DNA of 64,000 bases from the NCBI GenBank assembly GCA_017411805.1, contig JAFQPI010000036.1:5444-69443 (forward strand). Reading direction: 5' to 3'. Below, piece by piece: positions 17,634 through 27,331 of this stretch. The translations under genes and the position numbers were made by a program. Under the pieces are notes generated by a model, which saw only the letters and a list, made by a program, of their open reading frames with translations, was not told where the DNA came from and searched no databases. This stretch comes from Clostridia bacterium. GTDB lineage: Bacteria; Bacillota; Clostridia; Oscillospirales; CAG-272. Position 1 is the first letter of the stretch. Every line of letters starts with the position of its first letter.

Positions 17634-18398
17634 TTGGGGGCGATTGGAATGAATGCATATTCCGGTGAAAACAACAGAAAACTTATCGAGCTCGCGCAAA
17701 ACAGCGAAGGCGAGGAATGTGAGAAAGCTACTGAAAAGCTGATCTGCGACAATATGGGTCTTGTCCGACATATTGCTCTGAAATTCTGCGGCAGAGGATG
17801 TGAATATGAGGACCTTGTTCAGATCGGCACGATCGGCATGCTTAAGGCTATACGATCTTTCGATCTTGAACGCGGAACAGCTTTCTCTACTTATGCCGTA
17901 CCCCTGATACTCGGGGAGATAAAACGTCATCTGCGGGATGACGGTCCTATAAAGGTAGGACGCGCTGTCAAAAAGCTTGGAGCAGAGCTTATGCGCGAGC
18001 AGACAAGAATCATTACCGAAACAGGAAAAGAACCGCATCTTTCCGAGCTTGCGGAAAGATGCGGTGTATCGCCCGAGGAGGCTGCGGCTGCCCTCGATGC
18101 CATAAGCCCCGTTGCTTCGCTTTCCGAAAGCCACGGTGAAGACGGCGAGGGGCTTTGTCTTTACGACCGAATTCCGGATGGAGACGGTCTGCTTGAAATC
18201 GAACATGCCCGAGACAGGATCGCTCTCGGTCAAGCCATCAGGCTTCTGCCTCCGTTCTGGAGACAAATAATTGTTTTGAGGTATTTCAAGGATATGACTC
18301 AGCAAAAAACCGCTGAGGCACTCGGCGTCACGCAGGTCAAGGTGTCGCGCGAGGAAAAAAAGATCGTTGAATTCTTACGTGCCGAACTGACAAAATAG
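17634..18398 (+). CDS. sigF: sporulation sigma factor SigF
   Basis: Sigma-70 regions 2-4 (DLVQIGTIGMLKAIRSFD, YAVPLILGEIKRHLRDDGPIKV, C-terminal HTH) and third position after spoIIAA/AB. The track start is TTG at 17634. The ATG at 17649 (MNAYSG) is an equally plausible start. Confidence 0.9.
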   Translation: MGAIGMNAYSGENNRKLIELAQNSEGEECEKATEKLICDNMGLVRHIALKFCGRGCEYEDLVQIGTIGMLKAIRSFDLERGTAFSTYAVPLILGEIKRHLRDDGPIKVGRAVKKLGAELMREQTRIITETGKEPHLSELAERCGVSPEEAAAALDAISPVASLSESHGEDGEGLCLYDRIPDGDGLLEIEHARDRIALGQAIRLLPPFWRQIIVLRYFKDMTQQKTAEALGVTQVKVSREEKKIVEFLRAELTK

Positions 18399-18399
18399 C

Positions 18400-19641
18400 T
18401 TATTTAATGATCACAATGGTAATTATATATAAATTCTCGTCTATCATATCAGTATAAAACGTCGCACCGGCAACGATGCTCAAATCATCAATCTTGCCAA
18501 AAGTGAGCAGATCCAGAACGGCATCATCCATCGCTTCCTCCGTCTTGAATCTGATAGCAAAAACACTCTCTCCTGCTCTTTCGGCGGATTTTGTGTTAAT
18601 TGCATCGAAATCGTACTCGTCAAAATAAAGCGATTCATAAACGAAATAGTTGTATTTTTCGCCATTTGCCTTAATGTAGCGGTATTCCTTGTCTATCGTA
18701 TGAGTCTTCGAGATATCCTCATCGGTTACGCAGAAGTAATTATAAAGAACGTTATCATTTTCACCGTCGCTGTCATCCCAAGTAAGGTCAACGTGATAGT
18801 ACTCTCCTTCAAGCCTTATTACGTTCCATGCATGAGGCCCGTCGTTCGCCTTTCCGGTAACGTATTCACACTCGATACCCATCCTATGCATAAGCAGCGA
18901 AAAGGCTTTCGCGTAACCTCCGCAGAGTGCTTTACCGTCGGTAAGCGCACCGTAAACGCTATTTGTAAAGGCATCGGATCTTGAATCTATACTGTCTCCT
19001 TTATCGTAACTCTCGATATCGTATTCGACCGAGTTTACTATCAGATGATGTGCGAGCTTTGCCTTTTCATAGTCGTTCCCGGGATTATTTTTCTCAATTT
19101 CATAAAGAATCGAATCGATTTTTGCTTCGAGTTCTTCAGCGGCATCGGAGATATTTTTATTTTTCCAATAATCGTATACCCCCATAGTAAAGGTCACGTT
19201 GCCTACGTCGCTGTTGCTCAAATATTCGGCGTTTGCCTCGACATATCCGTTGAGCCAGAAGAATTCGGGGAAATCGTTTATAAGCGCGGTCAATACTTCC
19301 GCATACTCATCCATATATTCTTCGTAATCAATACCGGTTATCTTGAATTCGTTATGCATTCCGCTGAGCGCTGTATATGCCGCGCAGTAGAGATTCTGCT
19401 GCATTTTGTCGAAGGACGTAAAGATATCCGATTTATATTCGGGCTCGATCGTATTTGTGAGCTTACCGTCGATGTATACTCCACCCTTATCGCCGTTGCC
19501 GGGATTGATAATGGATGGCATATCGGAAGCAATGCCTTGAAGATCACAGGAGCTCAAAGACAGCAAACAGCAAATAAACAACAGACACAGGGCTGCACAA
19601 GCCCTTATTTTTTTATTAATCATAGTATTAATCCTCTTCAT
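18400..19641 (-). CDS. transglutaminase-like (Cys-His-Asp core) lipoprotein
   Basis: 413 aa. Signal peptide with lipobox LSLSSC, and core CGGYAKAF...GPHAWNVI...HVDLTWDD. Confidence 0.8.
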   Translation of the reverse strand: MKRINTMINKKIRACAALCLLFICCLLSLSSCDLQGIASDMPSIINPGNGDKGGVYIDGKLTNTIEPEYKSDIFTSFDKMQQNLYCAAYTALSGMHNEFKITGIDYEEYMDEYAEVLTALINDFPEFFWLNGYVEANAEYLSNSDVGNVTFTMGVYDYWKNKNISDAAEELEAKIDSILYEIEKNNPGNDYEKAKLAHHLIVNSVEYDIESYDKGDSIDSRSDAFTNSVYGALTDGKALCGGYAKAFSLLMHRMGIECEYVTGKANDGPHAWNVIRLEGEYYHVDLTWDDSDGENDNVLYNYFCVTDEDISKTHTIDKEYRYIKANGEKYNYFVYESLYFDEYDFDAINTKSAERAGESVFAIRFKTEEAMDDAVLDLLTFGKIDDLSIVAGATFYTDMIDENLYIITIVIIK

Positions 19642-21935
19642 AATTTATTTCCGAGTGCCTCTTCCGTGCAATCTCTGAGAGAACTCGGATCTATAGCAAG
19701 CTTTCTCTCGCCGCCTCCCTCGGAGACGATGACCAAGGAAGTTGTCGGTCTCATAGATATTTCAAAGCGTGTATAAGCTTTGCCGAAAACAGAAACGTAC
19801 TCGTATTTCTCATGCCATTTTCCTCCCGTTTCGGGATTGTAACAGGTAGGCACGTGCGTGCCTCTCAGGAAAACGGGTGTGCGGCAGACTCGATTAGTCG
19901 TATTGGCAAAATAGTATATATCCTTTTCGCCCGCTCTCTTATGTATATGATTGAACATTCCGCCGTCCGGAAGATGCTTGAGAAGTCCAAGGCGGGTGTA
20001 TTCATTAAAGCTTGCATTGAGCGCACCCGTAGTTTCATATTTAGGCATTTGGGGAGCAAACACGTCAAATCCTATTTTAAAGGATGCAAGCGCGCGGCGC
20101 AAGTCAAGACTGCTTACCATGCTGACACCGTCGATTCCTGTTTTTGAGAAGTATAGAAATAAAGCTGTTCCGCCCGACTCAGATGTATTTTTGCAATACG
20201 TCTTCATAACAGAGCTGTCAAGAGCATCCTTGCCGAAAATATGCTCGGAGATCGCAACCATCTCCTTATCGTTTTTATCGGCATCGGAAGGATCGAATTC
20301 AAACGCCTTTGTGGGAAGTTCTCCGGTTGCAATAATACGCCCCCCGGCATCGAAATAGTCGCGAAGGACTCTCATACAAGCAAGAGAAGCAACACGCTGA
20401 GCGGGAAGAACAATTATTCTGAATCCACCCTCGTCACTCATACCCACCAAACGGAGTCGGTCGGATTCTGCATGCGCGCTTCTTGCAATAACGTCCGGAT
20501 GAAGCAAAGTAACGTCATGACCGGCGCAAAGGCATATGCTGTTGATTACCGACATATAGTCCGCGTCGGCGGGAGTATCGGAATACTCAAATCCCGAAAT
20601 ATCTGCGCTGTACATATTTACTCTTGAATGAAGATAATAAATCGGGTAGACGACCGCGATGTCCGAGACCTGTCTGCCGTTCTCAAGACAGGTACGCATA
20701 GCTCCGGTAAAGCGCAGGAGCCTTGATGCAAGCTCCTGATTTGATTCACTCGGCTTTGGAAGATGAAGCGCGGGAAGGTTGGCTCCTCTGGCAAACGCAT
20801 GCGCAGCATCGCGCATCATTATCTCGTATGATTTGTCCTTGTATCCACGGTAGAGCTCAACAAAGATATCTCGCTTAGCTCTTCCGAACGCCGCACCGGC
20901 GGCAACCTTTACAGAATTGATACCGTATAGATATCCGCGGTCGAGAACAGCGCCGGGTGTTGCTGTATTATTTAAAAGAGCGTCGCCCATAATGGGAGAG
21001 CACTGTGTAGACTTGGATTCCGAAAGAGTACCTATCAGCGACAGTCCTTTTTTCTTTGCAAAATCTTCAACAGCGGCAATATAACCGTCGCGGAGCATTC
21101 TCGCGCGGCAATCCGAGAAGAGCGCCTTATATCTTGGCGCGTTATTACCGTCGGTCGTGAAAAGATAGGGATAATAAGGCGAGGGATCAAAGCCGTACCT
21201 CGTCTCAAAAACTTCATTGAACGAGTCGCACCAATCGTGGCGATTTACTGCTTTAAAAGCAAGGTTTGCATAATATACATGAGTTATGGTGCTTCCGATA
21301 TAGCAATCAAAAAGATCGGCGAACATTGAATACGCTGCTTCAAGATAGCTTTCACTCGCCTCGCGTGAGAGTATATTCGGGCGGTCGGAATCGTGATCGG
21401 GCAGAGATACGTACTGAACTATTCGCCAGTTTCCGCGCGGAAGCTTGTAAACGACGTTTTCGTTTTCAATGTGATCTCTCAGGTCGATCACCTCGTCTCT
21501 CTCTTCGTTATATGCAATTACAGACAAAAGCTTACCGGGAAAGACCTGCCACTTGACGTTTTCATCCTGGGCGCAATAGTGAATATGACGCACAAGCTTT
21601 CTTGAACGGATATCGTCCTCCCATAAGTTATCTTCGGCGCGCACGACAGTCTGCTCGATACATTCATCGAGAGTGAAGGCAACCGCGAGCCCGAATTCTG
21701 CTGAGGCAGGCAAAAGCTTTTCATAGAAACGCTTTAAGCTTTCGCATTTTTCTTCGGACTCCATGCTCTTATCGTTCACGGGGATCGGAATAAAGCCGCC
21801 CACACCGGCTACGGCAGACAGTCTCACCTGCTCGTATACCTCGTCCGCGCTTTGTCCCGAGTCGCGCCAATAAACAAACGGACGGTACTTTTCGATACTG
21901 TTAAAATTGCTGTTTTCGCCGTACATTTCATTCAC
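19638..21935 (-). CDS. hypothetical protein (weak glycoside-hydrolase-like N-terminus)
   Basis: 765-aa ORF with a 4-bp overlap with the downstream transglutaminase-like gene. RPFVYWRDSGQSADEVYEQV..AGVGGF resembles the N-terminal pattern of GH106-like hydrolases. This is a low-certainty recollection. Confidence 0.5.
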   Translation of the reverse strand: MNEMYGENSNFNSIEKYRPFVYWRDSGQSADEVYEQVRLSAVAGVGGFIPIPVNDKSMESEEKCESLKRFYEKLLPASAEFGLAVAFTLDECIEQTVVRAEDNLWEDDIRSRKLVRHIHYCAQDENVKWQVFPGKLLSVIAYNEERDEVIDLRDHIENENVVYKLPRGNWRIVQYVSLPDHDSDRPNILSREASESYLEAAYSMFADLFDCYIGSTITHVYYANLAFKAVNRHDWCDSFNEVFETRYGFDPSPYYPYLFTTDGNNAPRYKALFSDCRARMLRDGYIAAVEDFAKKKGLSLIGTLSESKSTQCSPIMGDALLNNTATPGAVLDRGYLYGINSVKVAAGAAFGRAKRDIFVELYRGYKDKSYEIMMRDAAHAFARGANLPALHLPKPSESNQELASRLLRFTGAMRTCLENGRQVSDIAVVYPIYYLHSRVNMYSADISGFEYSDTPADADYMSVINSICLCAGHDVTLLHPDVIARSAHAESDRLRLVGMSDEGGFRIIVLPAQRVASLACMRVLRDYFDAGGRIIATGELPTKAFEFDPSDADKNDKEMVAISEHIFGKDALDSSVMKTYCKNTSESGGTALFLYFSKTGIDGVSMVSSLDLRRALASFKIGFDVFAPQMPKYETTGALNASFNEYTRLGLLKHLPDGGMFNHIHKRAGEKDIYYFANTTNRVCRTPVFLRGTHVPTCYNPETGGKWHEKYEYVSVFGKAYTRFEISMRPTTSLVIVSEGGGERKLAIDPSSLRDCTEEALGNKL

Positions 21936-21993
21936 CTCGCACTCATTTATATGTAAATTATATCACAAAGGAGGACGAAAGTAAAGATTTCTA

Positions 21994-22022
21994 TTGCAGA
22001 TTTTATTTTTTTGTGATATAAT
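21994..22022 (+). promoter_or_regulatory. sigma-A-type promoter (TTGCAG-17-TGaTATAAT)
   Basis: -35 at 21994-21999 and -10 at 22017-22022. The track ORF start at 21994 is this -35 hexamer. Confidence 0.6.
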
Positions 22023-22050
22023 TCATACAGAACTGTCCGGGAGGAACGAT

Positions 22051-22770
22051 ATGAAAAAACGGATACTTATAACCGGTGGCTCGCGCGGTATCGGCGCGGC
22101 TTGCGTAAGATATTTTGCGGGACTCGGAGACAAGATAGCCTTCATTTACCACAACGCCGAAAAAGCTGCCGAGGAGATCGCAAACGAAACCTGCGCATTC
22201 CCTGTCAAAGCTGACGTTTCGGATGCTGAGAGCGCAAAAACGGCGTTCAGAGAAGCCATTGATTTTCTCGGTGGCATTGACGTACTGATCAATTGCGCGG
22301 GGATCGCGGGATTTTCGCTATTTACCGAAATCAGCGATGATGATTGGAAACATATGCTTGACACTAATCTGACCTCAGCGTTTATTCTCTCACGAGAGGC
22401 GGCTAAGATTATGATCTCGCAGAAGAGCGGCAGGATCATAAACGTAGGCTCTGTATGGGGACGCATGGGTTCCTCCTGCGAGGTTCATTATTCGGCTTCA
22501 AAGGCGGGTATGCGCGGTATGACACAGGCACTTGCAAAGGAGCTCGGACCTTCCGGAATTACAGTCAACTGCGTTGAGCCCGGAGTTATCGACACGGATA
22601 TGAACTCAATGCTTAACGATACTGCTATAAAGGAACTTGCAGACGCTACTCCCCTTTGCAGGATCGGTACGGCTGACGAGGTTGCTGCAGTTATTAGATT
22701 TCTTGCTTCGGATGATGCTTCTTTCATCACGGGTGCTTGTATTCCCGTTGACGGAGGATTTCCGGTATAG
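22051..22770 (+). CDS. SDR-family oxidoreductase (3-oxoacyl-ACP reductase-like)
   Basis: 239 aa from the ATG at 22051 (GGGAGG RBS). TGGSRGIG cofactor motif and catalytic YSASK. Confidence 0.85.
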   Translation: MKKRILITGGSRGIGAACVRYFAGLGDKIAFIYHNAEKAAEEIANETCAFPVKADVSDAESAKTAFREAIDFLGGIDVLINCAGIAGFSLFTEISDDDWKHMLDTNLTSAFILSREAAKIMISQKSGRIINVGSVWGRMGSSCEVHYSASKAGMRGMTQALAKELGPSGITVNCVEPGVIDTDMNSMLNDTAIKELADATPLCRIGTADEVAAVIRFLASDDASFITGACIPVDGGFPV

Positions 22771-23206
22771 GAGGTAGACAATGATTGCTTTTCTTTCTTA
22801 CTTTTTGCCGTTTGTGCCGATGATTAGTAAATATTGTGATAAAGCGCTATGTTAGTAGTTATAGAGGCAGAATATAGAGTGCTTTTTATGTTTTGTCTTT
22901 TGACAACGCAAACATATTTATTTGACTAAACTGTTACGGTTATTCACATCAAACTTCCTCGTACCGGTTCCGCACCGCCCTTGTAAATGGGGGCGGCACG
23001 AGATTCTTCGGCGCCAAGAGGCCTGCGGGCGCGCCTCAGAATGACATCGTTTCTTTTTATGGGGGACACCCCCATACCCCCGTTTTGTTTGTGCTAACAT
23101 AGCTTTCTATATAATGTCAAGTTTTAGATGAAACAAGGTACTACAGGCTCGTAATATTATTCCAATATAAACCGTTATATAATTCTCGTTTTAAATTAAT
23201 ACAAAG

Positions 23207-23243
23207 AGGATGCCGCACGTTTTTTAGTGCGGCATCCTTTTTG
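23207..23243. terminator. bidirectional terminator downstream of pheT
   Basis: AGGATGCCGCAC (23207-23218) pairs with GTGCGGCATCCT (23227-23238), a 12-bp perfect stem, followed by TTTTT on the + strand. Confidence 0.85.
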
Positions 23244-23253
23244 TTATATTAAT

Positions 23254-25614
23254 TTAAGACTTAAGCGCAATTCCCTTATTTTCGAGATCTGCGATCACCT
23301 TTTGAGCAACGATCATAACCTCGTCACGGGTGAGGGTTCTTGTCTTATCCGCGAAGGTGATGCGGATGGTAAGCGACTTGCCCGACTCATCGGAATATCT
23401 GTCAACGACCTTGATATTCTTAACGAGAGCACCGCCGTGTGCGGCTACAGCCTCGCCTACGGGAGCATAGATTTCGGTCATAAAGGTAAGGTCGATATCC
23501 ATCTCGGGGTACTTGGAGGGCTCGTCATATACGAGAGCGAGCTTTGCGCAGTTAGCGAATGCCTCTACGTCGATCTCGGCATAGACAATGGATGCCTTCT
23601 TATCGATCTTCTTGGATACGGTGGGATATACGATTCCGATCTCACCGATCTCGGTCTCACCGCAGCAGATCGCATTGAGGTTTCTGGGATGCTGATAAGA
23701 ATGAGTTGCTTCCTTCTTTACGAACTTTACGGAGGTATGCTTGATGTCATCAGCGAGAACCGCGATGATATTGCAGAGCTTGCCGTAAACTGTTTCCATG
23801 CTCTCGGTCTTCGAGAAGAGGGTAAGTGCGAGCTTCTTCTTTTCGTTGCAGAGTCCGTCTTCCTTGAGTCCGTCAACTACGCAACCTATCTCGAACACTC
23901 CGAATTCGGGAGCGTACGCGGTGTTATACTTGACCTGGCAAAGCTGGGTAGGGATAATGGACTTACGGAGAGTCTCGATATTGGGGTTAGCTGCGCCCGC
24001 GATCTTTACGTTGTCCTCAACCTCGATGCCGAGCTCACGGTATTCATCATTGTAGGTCCAGATATAGGAATGAAGCTCGTGGCAGGAGAATCTCTTAACG
24101 AGAAGATCCTTGATCTGCTCCTCGACGCTCTTCTTGATGCTTGCGCGGATGGGATAGGAGGGAGCATAAACCGTGTTGATATCGAAATTATCGTAGCCGT
24201 AGATACGGGTGATCTCCTCGATGATATCAGCCTTCATAGTTACGTCCTTGGTGCTTCTCCAGGAAGGAACGGTTACGGTGAAAGTGGTGCCTTCAAGAGA
24301 AATACCGAAGCCGAGAGCAGAGAGAGTGGTAAGGATATGCTCGTCCGAGATCTCGATACCGGTATAGCGGTTTACGAAAGCACGGTCAAAGGAGAAGGTG
24401 ATGGTGGGGTACTTATAAGCCTGCTCGTCGGTGAGAGAGGAAACGACCTTTGCTCCCTCGTCTGCGTCCTGCATGATCTTGACGAAACGAGCTACAGCGG
24501 TGGGAGTCATCTCGGGGTCGAGGCACTTCTCGTAACGCTGGGAAGCATCGGTTCTGTGAGCGAGACGAACTGTGGTCTTACGAACAGAAACTGCATCGAA
24601 GGTTGCGCACTCGAGAGTGAGCTTGGTGGTGTCCTCAACGATCTCGGAATCGAGTCCGCCCATAACGCCCGCGATACAAACGGGGATATCGCCGTTACAG
24701 ATCATAAGCATATCCTCGTCGATATTGCGGTCAACTCCGTCGAGGGTCTTGAAGGAGAACTTATGGTCATATCTCTTGATGCGGAGCTTTTCAACCTTGC
24801 GCGAGTCGAATGCATGCATGGGCTGTCCCATCTCGAGCATGATGTAGTTGGTGATATCGGTAAGGAAGTTGATAGCGCGCATACCGCAGTAATAGAGGCG
24901 GATACGCATATTTACGGGGCTGACGGTGCGGGTGATATTCTCAACCTGGAGGCAGGAATATCTCTGGCAGAGCGGATCCTCGATCTTCATATCAACTGCG
25001 GGAAGATCATTGTACTTTGTAAGATCTGCGCAATCGAGGGGCTTGAGCTTTCTGCCCGAAATAGCGGCGAACTCACGAGCGATTCCATAGTGACCCCAAA
25101 GGTCCGGGCGGTTAGTCAGAGATTTGTTATCAACCTCGAAGATGATATCGTCGATGTCGAAGAGGGTCTTGATGTCTGTACCGTTTACGAAAGAGGGATC
25201 GAGGATCATAAGACCGTCGTTGTTGTCGCTGATGCCGAGTTCCTTTTCGGAGCAGCACATACCGTTCGAGGTGTAGCCTGCAAGCTTACGGGGAGCGATG
25301 GTGATATCACCGATCTGCGCGCCGAGCTTTGCGAAGGGAACCTTGAGTCCAACAGCAACGTTGGGTGCGCCGCAGACAACGTCAACGAGCTCGTCCGCGC
25401 CGATATCGACCTTGAGAAGATGGAGCTTTCTCGATTCGGGATGCTCCTCTACCGACTTGATCTCGGCAACGACGATACCGTTGATATCGCTACCCTTCAT
25501 GAATATTTCGTTTTCAACCTCTGCGGTCGAGAGAGAGAATCTGTGGATAAGCGAAAGCTTGTCAAGACCGGAAAGGTCAACGTAATCGCATATCCAATTC
25601 ATAGATAAAAACAT
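23254..25614 (-). CDS. pheT: phenylalanine--tRNA ligase beta subunit
   Basis: 786 aa. N-terminal tRNA-binding domain (WICDYVDL...), B3/4, B5 and a C-terminal anticodon-binding-like domain. It lies immediately downstream of pheS. Confidence 0.95.
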   Translation of the reverse strand: MFLSMNWICDYVDLSGLDKLSLIHRFSLSTAEVENEIFMKGSDINGIVVAEIKSVEEHPESRKLHLLKVDIGADELVDVVCGAPNVAVGLKVPFAKLGAQIGDITIAPRKLAGYTSNGMCCSEKELGISDNNDGLMILDPSFVNGTDIKTLFDIDDIIFEVDNKSLTNRPDLWGHYGIAREFAAISGRKLKPLDCADLTKYNDLPAVDMKIEDPLCQRYSCLQVENITRTVSPVNMRIRLYYCGMRAINFLTDITNYIMLEMGQPMHAFDSRKVEKLRIKRYDHKFSFKTLDGVDRNIDEDMLMICNGDIPVCIAGVMGGLDSEIVEDTTKLTLECATFDAVSVRKTTVRLAHRTDASQRYEKCLDPEMTPTAVARFVKIMQDADEGAKVVSSLTDEQAYKYPTITFSFDRAFVNRYTGIEISDEHILTTLSALGFGISLEGTTFTVTVPSWRSTKDVTMKADIIEEITRIYGYDNFDINTVYAPSYPIRASIKKSVEEQIKDLLVKRFSCHELHSYIWTYNDEYRELGIEVEDNVKIAGAANPNIETLRKSIIPTQLCQVKYNTAYAPEFGVFEIGCVVDGLKEDGLCNEKKKLALTLFSKTESMETVYGKLCNIIAVLADDIKHTSVKFVKKEATHSYQHPRNLNAICCGETEIGEIGIVYPTVSKKIDKKASIVYAEIDVEAFANCAKLALVYDEPSKYPEMDIDLTFMTEIYAPVGEAVAAHGGALVKNIKVVDRYSDESGKSLTIRITFADKTRTLTRDEVMIVAQKVIADLENKGIALKS

Positions 25615-25632
25615 TTTTCTTTCCGTCCTTTC

Positions 25633-26694
25633 TTATTTGTCTTCCTTGAACTGCGAAAGAACCTTGAGGCTTCCGCTGTTGAGGTCTCTGATGTCCTTTA
25701 CGCCGTAACGCATCATTGCAAGTCTGGTAAGTCCGAGACCAAATGCAAAGCCTGTGTACTCCTCGGGGTCGATTCCGCCAGCCTTAAGTACCTCGGGATG
25801 GATCATACCGCAGGGACAAAGTTCGAGCCATCCGCTGTGCTTGCAGGAGGGACAGCCCTCTCCGCCGCAGATAGCGCAGGAAATATCAAGCTCAAAGCCG
25901 GGCTCGACGAAGGGGAAGAATCCAGGACGGAGACGAACCTTTACGTCTCTCCTGAACACCTCGGAGAGCATCGTCTTCATAAAGAAGATGAGGTTCGAGA
26001 TCGAGATATCCTTATCTACCATAACGCCTTCCATCTGGAAGAAGGTATTTTCGTGGCAAGCGTCGGTTGCCTCGTTTCTGAAGCAACGTCCGGGGAAGAT
26101 TGCCTTGATCGGCACGCCGTTGTTTACAAGGTCATCGCGGTACTTCTTATAGATAGCATTCTGTGCGGCGCTGGTATGAGTCTTAAGAAGCTGACCGTTT
26201 GTGAGATAGTAGGTATCCTGCATATCTCTTGCGGGGTGGTGCTTGGGGATATTGAGAGCCTCGAAGCATTCGTAATCGCTTACGATCTCGGCGTAGTCCT
26301 CAACGTGGAAGCCCATCGACTTGAAGATGTTCTCGCATTCGCGCTGAACGAGAGTGATGGGATGGAAGGATCCGCGATCGAGCTCTGCGGGCATCGAAAC
26401 GTCAAACTCGGGCATGGATGCGACCTCGCGCTCAAGCTCTGCGCGGCGAAGCTCTTCACCCTTAGCTGCGATAGCCTGTGCGAGCTCGTTCTTGAGCACG
26501 TTTACTTCCTGACCGAAGTTCTTCTTTTCTTCGGGGGACATGTCCTTCATGGACTTGAGAAGCTCTGTTACACTTCCCTTCTTGCCAAGGAAATCAACTC
26601 GGATCTCCTCGAGCGTCTGCATAGATTCTGCGGCAGAAAGCTTCTGCGCAAATTCCTGCTTCAGTTCTGCGATATTCTGTGACATTGTTGTCAT
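25633..26694 (-). CDS. pheS: phenylalanine--tRNA ligase alpha subunit
   Basis: 353 aa. HPARDMQDTYY, FPGRCFRNE, GFAFGLGLTRLAM (class II motifs). Confidence 0.95.
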   Translation of the reverse strand: MTTMSQNIAELKQEFAQKLSAAESMQTLEEIRVDFLGKKGSVTELLKSMKDMSPEEKKNFGQEVNVLKNELAQAIAAKGEELRRAELEREVASMPEFDVSMPAELDRGSFHPITLVQRECENIFKSMGFHVEDYAEIVSDYECFEALNIPKHHPARDMQDTYYLTNGQLLKTHTSAAQNAIYKKYRDDLVNNGVPIKAIFPGRCFRNEATDACHENTFFQMEGVMVDKDISISNLIFFMKTMLSEVFRRDVKVRLRPGFFPFVEPGFELDISCAICGGEGCPSCKHSGWLELCPCGMIHPEVLKAGGIDPEEYTGFAFGLGLTRLAMMRYGVKDIRDLNSGSLKVLSQFKEDK

Positions 26695-26713
26695 CCTTTC
26701 TCGGAATATATTA

Positions 26714-27331
26714 TCAGATAATTTTTTTCAGTTCGAGCAGATTCTCGATTCTGTAATCGACGTCTGCGCTGTCGTAATAATGCTCGGGATCAAAGAGGCA
26801 GCCCTTCATTCCCGCGTTGCGTCCGCAATCGGTATCGATATCGCGGTCGCCGATCATAATACAATCCTTCTTGTCAAGTCCGTGCTTTGCGCAAAGATAA
26901 TTGAGCGCGTCGGGGGCGGGCTTTGTCGGAAAGGACATTGTCGAATCTATGATGTCCTCAAAACAATCGGCAATTCCCCACTGTTCAAGCAGGACCTTCA
27001 CGATCTTTCCGGAATGGGTGTAAAGATAGTTCTTATGACCGTTTGCCATAGCGTAGCGAAGGATCTCCTCTGCCTCGGGATAGGGCTTCTGGATCTTTGG
27101 CGCGAGCTCGTTATGTATATCGTGGAAATACTTTCTTGCCGCCGCGGGATCCATGCCGAAATCGTAGCAACGCATCGTGTAACCAACTGAGACCTTAAGC
27201 TTTGCATAGACGCTTTCATAAGTATCCGACATACCAAAATCCTTCAGAGTCCTGAGCACTGCCTCAGTAAAGCATGGATAGGTATCTGAAAGAGTTCCGT
27301 CGAAGTCATAGATCAAGTGCTTGTAATTCAT
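26714..27331 (-). CDS. HAD-superfamily hydrolase (subfamily IA, phosphatase-like)
   Basis: 205 aa. Motif I YDFDGTL and motif IV GDRDIDTD. Confidence 0.8.
   Translation of the reverse strand: MNYKHLIYDFDGTLSDTYPCFTEAVLRTLKDFGMSDTYESVYAKLKVSVGYTMRCYDFGMDPAAARKYFHDIHNELAPKIQKPYPEAEEILRYAMANGHKNYLYTHSGKIVKVLLEQWGIADCFEDIIDSTMSFPTKPAPDALNYLCAKHGLDKKDCIMIGDRDIDTDCGRNAGMKGCLFDPEHYYDSADVDYRIENLLELKKII

Noticed and set aside
22958-23002. Possible T-box leader (CCGGTACGAGG reminiscent of GGTGGTACCGCG) near pheT
   Set aside because: The match to the T-box sequence is poor. The element lies at the 3' end of pheT, not upstream of any aaRS gene, and no specifier-loop or AGAGA features are visible.
22918-23100. 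60-aa reverse-strand ORF (MLAQTKRGYGGVPHKKKRCHSEARPQ...) over the GC-rich island
   Set aside because: It is Arg/Gly-rich as expected from translating GC-rich hairpins, has no RBS and shows no coding periodicity. The region is treated as a possible RNA element instead.
23227-25608. 793-aa ORF on the + strand covering the whole pheT locus
   Set aside because: It is the mirror frame of a fully recognisable pheT. The translation is low-complexity (D/L/G/V/I-rich) with no RBS or motif. Such long stop-free antisense frames arise when the sense gene rarely uses TTA/CTA/TCA codons in frame.
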